DNA from: the human T2T-CHM13v2.0 reference genome, Homo sapiens
Assembly (NCBI RefSeq): GCF_009914755.1
Contig: NC_060939.1
Reading direction: 5' to 3' (one strand)
DNA length: 64,000 bases
Positions 54,371-64,000 of this stretch are shown here, one piece after another. The translations under genes were made by a program, and so were the position numbers. The notes below the pieces were generated by a model that was given only the letters and a program-made list of their open reading frames with translations, searched no databases and was not told the origin of the DNA. How positions within the stretch are numbered: position 1 is the stretch's first letter; every line of letters starts with the position of its first letter.

Positions 54371-55734
54371 ACACTTCCTTGGAGGGAGACCTATTCAACT
54401 TACCAACCAACTTCCTTGTTTTTCAGAACATTTTCCCACAAAGAAACCTTACAAAGAAGAACTTGGCCTCTCAGCGGTTCACAACAACTGCCCTAGCATG
54501 AAACGTTGTAGCTGAACTAGAGTCCTGAATTAGCCATTCCAAACAAGGTCACGGAAATGCAAAGTTTGGGACTATATCCCATCCATAGGATGAAGCACCT
54601 CCATCTCTATGATGACAGGAAGCAAATCAGGAGGGTATTTCCCATCAGAAGACCATGAAATTTCCCTATCATTAAGTAGGAAGATAAAGGAATGTTCATG
54701 GTCAAGCCTAGCTCTCTTTTTCTCTGTGTAATGAAATATATGATCATATGTTTATTTCTCCAACTAAAATGTAAAAGCGCATATACTGGCTCATTTCTAG
54801 GGATTTCCCAAGTCTTTACAATGGCAATGCCCCAAGCGGCAAGAGCACTGCTAACACCAACAGCTGACAGTATTTAGAGGAATTGGGAGAACGTTTCTAG
54901 GTTTGGAACACTTTTAAGACTTTAATGAACACTTTGTTGTTGTTGAGGAAGGTCAGTTAAGAAAAACATTCCAATTTTGATTGCACATAGTCAAGAGGCC
55001 CAAAACACATCTTAATTTGGTGTCACAATAAACAGGACTTTTAAAATCAAGGGCTGGCAATTGAAGCCATGAGTACAATTTGAGTGGCTTTATGAAATGA
55101 TGCTACTGTAAGCTTTCTTAGCAAGAGAGGGCCACCTCGGGCCTACAGAAATAAAGCAGAGAAAAGAAATTTGGTGGGCAAGAAGAGTAAGAGGCACCTC
55201 CTCCCACCCCACCCACCCCCATCATGCACAGTCTTTCCAGAACCCACTCTCCTATTTACAAACAGTGGAAAAAGCTATGGAGTATAAACAGAAATGATTA
55301 CAGGATCAAGAAGCCTTTTCCAAATGGTCTGCTTGACCTTTGCAAACTACAAAATTAACTGCACAGCCAGGAGCTTTCTTTCATACTCTTACCCACTTTA
55401 AAGGCAGATTCATACATAAAATGACAAAGGTGATTAAGATGGGGTTAATGAAGAAAAATTAAGCAGTAGGTATCTAGCACCCACTGTCTAGTTAAAGCTC
55501 CAGCATCCTTAAGAATAAGATGTCAGTAGTTCCTCATACAGCAGGGGCCACCTGGACTATTTTCAGAGCAATAGTGTTTTCTCCTGGCATCCTACAATCT
55601 TAAGTCAACTCCAGAGCACGACTTTGCATGGAATGAAAGCACTGCGCTCATCAGAACACAGAGAATCATAGACTGTGCTGGTGTACGTTGCAGGAAAGGT
55701 TCCCACAGAGCTGGCCTTGGGTCACATGCTGTAC

Positions 55735-55893
55735 CTGCAAAAATAACCATTCCAAAACACCAGCTGGTATTTCTCAGGATGCAGCCTCTCAGGATTATCT
55801 TCTCATTGTTGAGGGAATGCTTGCTGTCTTTCCAAGAAAGGATTCCCATGAATTTATCTAACTTGTTGTTAGGCACCTCACAGACAACAATCC
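55735..55893 (-). CDS. ATP8B4: ATP8B4 coding exon (probably exon 10), end of actuator domain
   Basis: 159 nt, phase 1-1. Acceptor tttccag|GG, donor GCAG|gtacag. Encodes (G)IVVCEVPNNKLDKFMGILSWKDSKHSLNNEKIILRGCILRNTSWCFGMVIFA(G), including the P4-ATPase LRGCxLRNT motif. Confidence 0.96.
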
Positions 55894-58800
55894 CTGGAAA
55901 ATAAAAAAACAAAACAAACCTCTTTATGACTCACCCAAAATTCTCTTCAGAAGCCCACAGCACTGTTTTACCACTGTTTCCCTCTCCTTTAGACAGCCTG
56001 GGGTTACATATAAAGAATTGTGCTAGAAAAAAATAAGCTGGGAGGTAGAAAAATGGAAAGCCATCAACTATTTTGAAACACAGTTTTCTGTACTGTCCAA
56101 ATAAAAATAGAAAAAACAAATAATAACAGAAACCTTAACAGCCATGGGATATTTTTTCCTTAAAAAAGAAAAAAAAAGCATATCTTTACTTCCGGTTTGT
56201 AACAAATAATTTTTGAAAAGATAAAGCAGTGACTGTCCTAAAAGTTTCTCTTATTCCATCTCTTTTAGCTAAATGTGAACTTTTACACAGTTTAAAATAG
56301 CATACTTCTAGTCTCACAACAAAAGTTAACCATCTTTCTGACCTCACAATCAGGATTTCTGAGGTCCTACTGTATTCCACCAGAAAGAAACCTGGGCCTT
56401 GTTTGCCACATGAGTCTGAGAATGCGTGTGATTCCTTTCAGCTGTTCTATGCTTCTTATCTTGATTAGATTCAGAGTTCTGGGGACTCTCAAAGGCACCA
56501 TATAACTTGCCCCTAACTGGCTAGAAGATGTTTCTAGTTTCTTTAATTCCAAACCAAGGGCATGCCCACTCCAAATCAACGAATCAATTCGTTCCATTAT
56601 TTCAATATGAAAATATACATTCAGGATGAGGGTTCTCTAGATAGAAAAAGAAACCACAAATAATCTTTCACGGACCCTGCCACAAAACATAACTATTAGA
56701 TTAATATACATATCCACTGCAAACAGGTAAGGTTAAATTTTTTATATATAATGAGTACAAAGACGTGAAAGAACAGAATGGAGGGAGAGAGGGACAGAGG
56801 GAGGAAGGAAAAAAGAGAGGGGAGATATGAAAAAGGAAGCTGTGGGTAGATCCAATCAGGGTTTGAGCCAGAGTCAGGGGTGAGATTAGTACCTACAAAG
56901 TTCTCTCTCTCAAAAACAAACAAACAAAAATACATTTACATTTAATCAGAATTCAAAAGAGCAAGTTGGAACATAAAACATAGCATTTGGAAAATAAAAA
57001 GGGGACTGTATCTTTAGCGCTGATTAAAGAGAAAGGGGACCACGTCAGCCTAGAGATCCTCTATATTACACTGACTCCATCCACTCTTCAAGCTGCCTTC
57101 TGAACTTAAAAGAGGCTTCTTAGGGGGGTCCCCTTTCTCCCTAGGATGCTCCCTTTAAAACTACTAAACAGAGGTAACAGCAACCAGTTGCCACATGGCC
57201 ACGTCACTCCTGACCAACCATTTCACTAACAGACCTTGCATTAAAAAAGCAAAAGCAAATAAAACTGTGAAAGGAATGAGGGACTTATGTCCTCAGGGCT
57301 GCTTTTCCAACCTCCACCTGTCTTTCCCCAATATAACAAAAGTACTGCCTGAAGCCTCCCCACTTAGGCACTCACTGGCAGTTTCCCAGACATCCCTATT
57401 TCCCACTGCTAAATAGAGACTGCTGGCAGGAGGATTTGGATAAGACAAACAACCTTGCCAAGGGAAGGGGCTGAATTCTGGTTAGCTCCGTGATAGCCTA
57501 TCACTGATAGTAAAAAGTAAATTAAAACTGATTTAAACTGGCTCAAGTTGTTTGGACAACTATGTTGTAGATGAGGAGACATTTTCTAAATCCCTGAATT
57601 CAGTATCTTTTTTTCTTGACCAATAATTTTCATTCTGAATTGTAAAATCTTGAATTGGCTATCACCAGCAAAATCTACATAAAATAACAGGTTGACAGCA
57701 ACGCTTGAAGTTTATTCCAGATTCTTGACCCAAGACTCAATTTCTCAGGCTTCAAACCTAGCCACTTAAAAAAAAAAAATGTGCTTTGGGCAAAAACAAC
57801 ATGATATGCAGTCCCTGCCAAAAGGAATATAAAAAACAGGTTCATTTGATCATTTCTATTGTCATAAGCAAAGACTGACATGGAGGCAAATACAGCCTTA
57901 AACATGTTGGCTTGCCCCTCCCTGACCTCACACCAAGGGTGTGGTTCTAGACAGGAACAGGGAGTAAGGCCAAGGGGTACTGCCTGGGTTCTTGGAGGCT
58001 AAGCCCCAATTCAGCCTTTCTCAAAGAGTGTGGTCTCGGTGATGTAAGTTCTAAATACAGGCCCCAGTCAAAACAAAATGGTGGGAACAAAGCCAAACTA
58101 CATTTGTTTTTATCATCAGAAGTGCTCGGCTTCCCCTTTTTAAGCTCTATTAGCATAAAACACACACTTCCCAATTTCTTTTGTACCACTTTCGAAAAGG
58201 GATGAACAGATTCCTTTGAAGGGAGCACTGTATTCACCTCTGTATTCCTATAACCTATTATACTATCTACATAATAGGATCTTTGTCGAAGAGATGGATA
58301 GAAAAAATTTCAGATGATTTCGAGAGAGGTTAAGAGATGAGATGGATATTAGAGCAGATCTAAGAAAAACAGAAAAAGTGGGTATATTTCCATGATAGTA
58401 ATAAAGGACTAGAAAATCAAATAGCCCAGGCACAACAGCCGGGGCTTAGTTTGGCCTAAATCTAAAGGGAGTCGAGTAGATCTGAGAGTACTGAAAAAAG
58501 GTGAGAGCATTAAAGTGCATTAGAAGCAACCAAAATGAGAGCCTAGCCATGAAGCATAACAAGGATGAGGGGAAAGCTCTCTTAGGACCCTTCTTCTTTT
58601 TGCTAGTTGAATCAGAGAAGAGAAAGAGGCAGTAAATGATCAGTTTGACAATCGATGAGGAAACAGTTAAGGAAAAAATCGCATCATTTCTCACATAGTC
58701 ATTTACTGAATACATGTTTGGAGCACAAAGTCATCTTTAATGGGCAATAATAAAGCTGGAAGAAAATCACGTCAATAATGAAGTGTAAATACAATCAAAC

Positions 58801-60369
58801 TAGCTGGTCATATCTGTTTGCCCCTCTGAAGAGAAGACATGAAAGCAGATTGCAATTTATCCATTTGACAATCACACAGAAATGCTCTAGACCCATACTG
58901 AAAAAAATCTACAGGATCTCATTCTGGACCTTCTTAAGCATTCTAGATTTAGTCAGCTGGATCGTTGGTTAATTACCAACTTGACAGACTTCTCGAGCTA
59001 AGTATTTACCTCAAAGTGAAAGTCTGTAGTTTATCATAAAAATGGAACTCAGTGCCCAATAGTCTATGATTTTCCAGAGAAGCTGGCTTCATCTCTTCCT
59101 ATACATTATTAATAGAAATAGTTCTTGATTATCTGTACTGCAACTCTTCCATAAGACAAATCATCCAGCAAATAAAACATCAATATTGCTGTTCAAGAAT
59201 TTCTCTAGCCAAGAGTTTTTTTAGCGTTTTAGAGATTGCCCACTAGTGTTTGCCCTGATGATTGTGACAAATACTTATTTTCTTAGAAAGAAGTATGTCA
59301 CCTTCCTATTTTCTAAAGCTTCTTTACTCTTCAACTGTCAAGGCTCACCCATCCATCATTACCACCATAATGGCATGTCGGCACCAGCAGTAAAGAGGGA
59401 AATTATTCTTCACGCCTTTACATGGAATCTATGCCTCATGAGTCAGCTGTGCTGTTGGGTTGTGCTCCAGTCCAGGTGAATAGGAAAGCTATCTGGTAAG
59501 CAAAAAAACTCACAAGATGCTAACCAAGCTATTTTTTTTAACCAAAAAGAGATGCTTATTTTTCCATGTTTTAATTACACACATGCTATTCTTTAGAAAG
59601 AACCACAAAATATACAAGGATTCCTGAATAAAGAGTCAACCTTTCCTCGGTTCAGAATTCAGCATTAACAGTCATACAAAATATGTAAACTTGTCAGGAG
59701 TTGCAGAAAACAGATCTCAGTTCAGTCAGTAACAATATGCAAAAGATTCTTAAACACATTTCGACAATTTACATCCGGGGTTTTCCCCAAGGAATAAGAA
59801 TGTCCAGTTTACATAATAATAATTGACAAGTATTTCAGTTACTTGTTTATAAAAGCTTTTCAATTCCCATAAGACTTTAACATGAAAATCAAGGCCCAAT
59901 CTCTTTTTATATTATATTTGATCTATAATATTAGATCAAGTTATGTATCTTTTCTTACAAAATTCAAGAGACCATAAATCATTTTTTCTGATGTTTGAAA
60001 TGTATAAAAATATTTTCATGAGAACTTTTCAAATAAATGGATTTACCTGCCAAAACCCAACTCTCTTGTGTGCACTGGTCTCTACATTTGGCCAAGTCTT
60101 CTATAAACTCTTATCAGGGATCCTGACATTCAAAATCACTGAGAACATTGCTACGTTTTAAAAATATGATGACCTCATCCTTGTGCTGGATGGACTTGAT
60201 CTCTGGTAATTAATTTCGTACCTTTGGGTTTAGAATATTTTAAAATTTCATTTATTTCCCTAATCAAGAGCTAAGCTCTTGTGCTAATTTTCCCTAACCC
60301 TCCAATGCTGTCTTTCTACTTTGGTTTACAACCTGGGGTTTTGTGTCCTTTTGTGTCCTTTGTAAAATA

Positions 60370-60570
60370 GGCTTTGCCAGAAGTCCAGGGTTCATAGTCT
60401 GGCTTCTCCACTTAACAGCCATATGACACTGGGAAAGTTAATCAATTTACCTGGGTCTCTTTATCCATAAATTGAGCTAACAATAATCTCTTCCTTCAAG
60501 AGCTGTAAGGGTTTAACAAGATAATGTGTGCAATTACTCAGCATGGTGCCTGGTACATAGTGAGTTCTTG
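60370..60570 (+). mobile_element. MIR SINE
   Basis: ccacttaacagccatatgacactgggaaagtta...catggtgcctggtacatagtgag. Confidence 0.75.
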
Positions 60571-60659
60571 CTCACATATCAGCATCATGTTTAGGGCCTG
60601 AGAACTTTAGGGCCTTTACCTTATCAAAGGCTTCTTTAGGGATGAGCCCTTGTTCAAGT

Positions 60660-60785
60660 CTGTCTTCTCCCCTGGGAAATAAGCTCTATAAAAGTAAGGC
60701 CTGAGCCTGACTTATTAACCACTGTATCCCAGTCTTAACAAATCCCTTGGCCTTGTGTTAAATATACATTTGCTGAATGAATAAT
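60660..60785 (+). mobile_element. L2 3' end fragment
   Basis: taagctctat..aggcc..cactgtatcccag..catttgctgaatgaat. Confidence 0.6.
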
Positions 60786-62771
60786 GGGTGACTGTATGTA
60801 TGGATGAAAGAAATAAGTCCACCAGAAAGACACTATCTTTGAATATAGATGCAAAAGTGAGGAGGCAGAGAGACTTACCAGAGACATCCTGAGATTTCAA
60901 CCCATCTCAGTTCTGACCCTATGTGTCCGAAACCTGGAGTCCCCAGTGGGAACTTCTCTGGGGATAGGAGTGGGAAATTCAGGTCTTTAGATACTTGGAA
61001 GATGTGCTTTTATGATTCAAGGACAGAAAATTGTAATTTGGTGCTAGAGAAAGTATTTTGGCAAGTCTCAGAAGAGGAAAACACACAGTAACCAGAAGCA
61101 AAAATAATGCCATACCCAGATTTGCCCAGAAGTCACAAATTAAAACATGTACTTAGCACAGACAGAACATGGTAAAGAGTGTGCCTCCCATATCTTCTCA
61201 TCGATTATACCTTGCCAAAGCTAGCCAGGGCATTGCCAAACATATACAATGTTGATATCCTATTTTAATTTAAACTAAAGGATGCAATATCTAGTTTTGA
61301 TTCCCATGAGTCAAGAAAGTCTTTTTCCAATCACCAGAGGAAAACCTGAAATCTACTGATATTTCATTAGGACAAAGTTGAATAAAGAAGACACAAAAAA
61401 GGGAGTAGAAAAAGAACGAGGAGCAAAGGATCAAAAGAACCTTGGTAATATATGGAGAGATCATTTATAATTCTACATACTTTGTTTTGCATCTTGTACT
61501 TAGGAGGTACTTAATAAACAGACTTAAACTAATATGGAGAGAGTGATAAAAACAAAGATAAAGAATGACAGAAAAGTGACACTGCAGGTGGAGAAAATAG
61601 CTAACAAAAAGAAGTGAAGGAAGACGATGAGATGAGAACAGTAAGCAAGAATACAGGAAGGAAAGAAAGGAAAGAAGAATGGTGAAATGGAGTAGTTAGA
61701 AAACCATGTGCTGATAGTAGTGTGTGTGTGTGTGTCAGAGATATTAAAATTGAAATGTGTAAATTAGGGCTTGGAAAGAAGTGATGGAGAAAACAATCGA
61801 AGGCCAAGGAAAGCAAGAGCAATCGTGGGAAGGATTTAGGGCTTATTAACTGTCCTAACTCTTTCAAAGACTTCCATGCCGCACCTTGCATCATCCTCTT
61901 GGTCTTTAAATTTGGCTGCTAACTGGGGGGAATCTAATTTGTATATTGTTTCTAATTTATTTTCCCTTAATTCGTCTATTCATTCTTCTGATGTTTTCTT
62001 AGAAACAGGAAATTATATTTTTACTTATTAGAATAAACCCATAAAACTCCCTGTTGCCTTGAACTTTAAGGTAGATTGAAATGCAGCCCAAGATTTTAAA
62101 ATGAAAAAGTAACTTAACAGAAACCTGGATTTTAGCCCAGAAGTGTACCAGCCTCATGAATCTGGCATTACATGTTTTCTGAAAAGCTGACCACAGTTTA
62201 AGTATATATAATCATAAAAAAGAGAGGTCTGTGTTGTCTTTATTTGTGAAAACAATTATTCATTGGGGATTTGGTGAGTTGCCCATTCTGTATGAAGCAA
62301 ATTCAAGTCATATCTAGTAAGTAATAATTATTAACACACCTTAAAAGTAAATTTTGTGAAGTATTTTTAAATGGCTATTTTTATATATAAGCAAGTCCTT
62401 TAACTTCTCAAGACCTGTTACCTCATCTGAGAGGAAAATGTTTTCAGCCTGAGCAACATCACTTGTATTGGTTTAAATTTGGAGCTACTGTGTTCCATTT
62501 TCTTACTTCAGAAAGGATGTGAAGTAAAGACATTTAAAAACTACCATGCCAGCTGATCCCTCTCCCAGACACCTGCCTTCCAGGAGGAGAGGATCCAGCA
62601 CTCCTTCCTGGTCCTACAAGGCCACTTCAGGAAGCTAAAGCTTCCTCCTCACCCCATCGTTTCACACTCTCTTCCCAGTCTCTTTACGTTAGGACTTTCC
62701 TTTGCCCTCCCATGTCTTTTTGGGCCCTGACGCTAGTCTTCCTCTCGGCCCCCCAATGGGATTTGTAACTA

Positions 62772-63020
62772 TTTATTTATTCATCCAGCAGGGATTTACT
62801 GAGTACCTACTATGTGCTAGACGTTGTTCTAGAAGCTTGGCGTACATCAGTGAATAAAACAAAGATCCCTGTGTAGCTTACACTGAAGCAGATAAAGATG
62901 GACAATAAATAATTAACTTAAAAAATAAATGAATTATCCAGTATGCCAGACAGTGCTAAGTGCTATAAGAAGAAGAAAAAGCCAAGCAGGGTATGGTGGA
63001 TTGAGAGTGTAAGGAGTCAT
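62772..63020 (-). mobile_element. L2 3' end fragment
   Basis: atttattcatcca..atttactgagtacctactatgtgctagac..gttctag..cagtgaataaaacaaag. Confidence 0.8.
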
Positions 63021-63140
63021 GCTGAAGAGGGGGATGCTTAACCCCAGTCCTGCAGTTCCATGTAAGAAATCCACCTAATCCAGCCTGGCTCCTTATGCAT
63101 TATCCTGGCATCAACTTACATGGCCACGATTCTTGAAGGG

Positions 63141-63471
63141 TGTGGTAGAGACAGTTAATGCTCAACAAGTATTCATACTTGTTATTTCCTAGCCTCCCTT
63201 GCAGTTAAGTCAGGGCCAGGTGACAATGTTAGCCAATGAACTATAAGAGGAAGAAGAATTTAAAAACCATTGTGTCTCTTTCATCTTACCCTTAGCCCAG
63301 TGCAGTGATCTCAGATGCCATTAGTCCAGATACTGTGGCTCCATGATGGAGAAGGCCACCCAACCCACTAAGAATGTGACATGAGCAAGAATAAGCCTTT
63401 ACTGTGTTTATGCCACTAAGATTGCAGGGCTGTTTATAACTGCATCATAGTGTAGCCTATCTGAGCAAGCA
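63141..63471 (+). mobile_element. MLT1 (I/J-like) MaLR solo LTR
   Basis: tgtggtag..atttcctagcctcccttgcagttaag..ccaatg...gccactaagatt..gtttataactgca.cata..ctatctga. Confidence 0.75.
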
Positions 63472-64000
63472 TCTAGGAAAGAATGGGACCTAAATAATTG
63501 CTAACAATCATGTTCTGCTTTTTGATGATTAGCAACACTAAAAATCATGAATTTCTACCTCCTCGTAGATCAATAGAGGTATAAAGGTAAATTCTGCCGG
63601 GAAAGAAATGAGTAATAGTAAATTATATTTAGATGGCCTTTTTGGGCCTCCATGAATATTCAATGAGGTATTTTAAGCAAGTATTTTGATTCATGAACAC
63701 AATTTACTTTTCTTGGATTCACATAACAGTAAAATTTCATTGAAAAAATTACTTAGTAGAAAATGTGTAATTTGTTTTATTCTAATCAAAATATTTCTTG
63801 GACCATTCAGTTTCCTGGCTACTCTCTGACTTCAATCTCAATTCGGAGGAATTTTTTTTTCTATAAACATCTGTTATAAAAGCACTCATTTAAGAGAGAT
63901 TAAAATATTAACAGAATCCAGAGTTTACAAGCAATTGCAAAGCACAGGCAATAGGAGCTCTAAGCTCTGCACTGGAGAAACTTTACAATATAAACTTGCC

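Noticed and set aside
55592-55734. In-frame ORF extensions beyond exon ends (also 40878-40927 and 2509-2541)
   Set aside because: They run past canonical splice sites into intron and show no ATPase similarity.
55894-64000. Preceding ATP8B4 exon (DGETNLK region)
   Set aside because: No matching coding sequence found; it presumably lies beyond the window end.

Overview
Primate (human-like) genomic DNA from the middle of ATP8B4, a P4-type ATPase/phospholipid flippase gene on the minus strand. Six coding exons splice in frame with GT-AG boundaries (55735-55893, 49550-49638, 47961-48157, 40928-41136, 30323-30366, 2343-2508; 864 nt). They encode the end of the A domain, TM3/TM4 with the PISL motif, the DKTGT phosphorylation motif and the start of the N domain. 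The flanking exons lie outside the window. The introns are mostly transposon relics: a full-length dead L1PA7-like element with TSDs, nested and truncated L1s, Alu/FLAM copies, ERVL/MaLR LTRs, DNA transposons, MIR/L2 and a 5S rRNA pseudogene. I found no convincing new multi-gene system. The best leads are an L1 ORF0-like ORF pointing into ATP8B4, a candidate 79-nt poison exon, a four-layer nested insertion cut by one deletion, and a templated-insertion scar in an Alu. Repeat subfamily names, exon numbers and residue numbers come from recall of consensus/reference sequences, not from a search.
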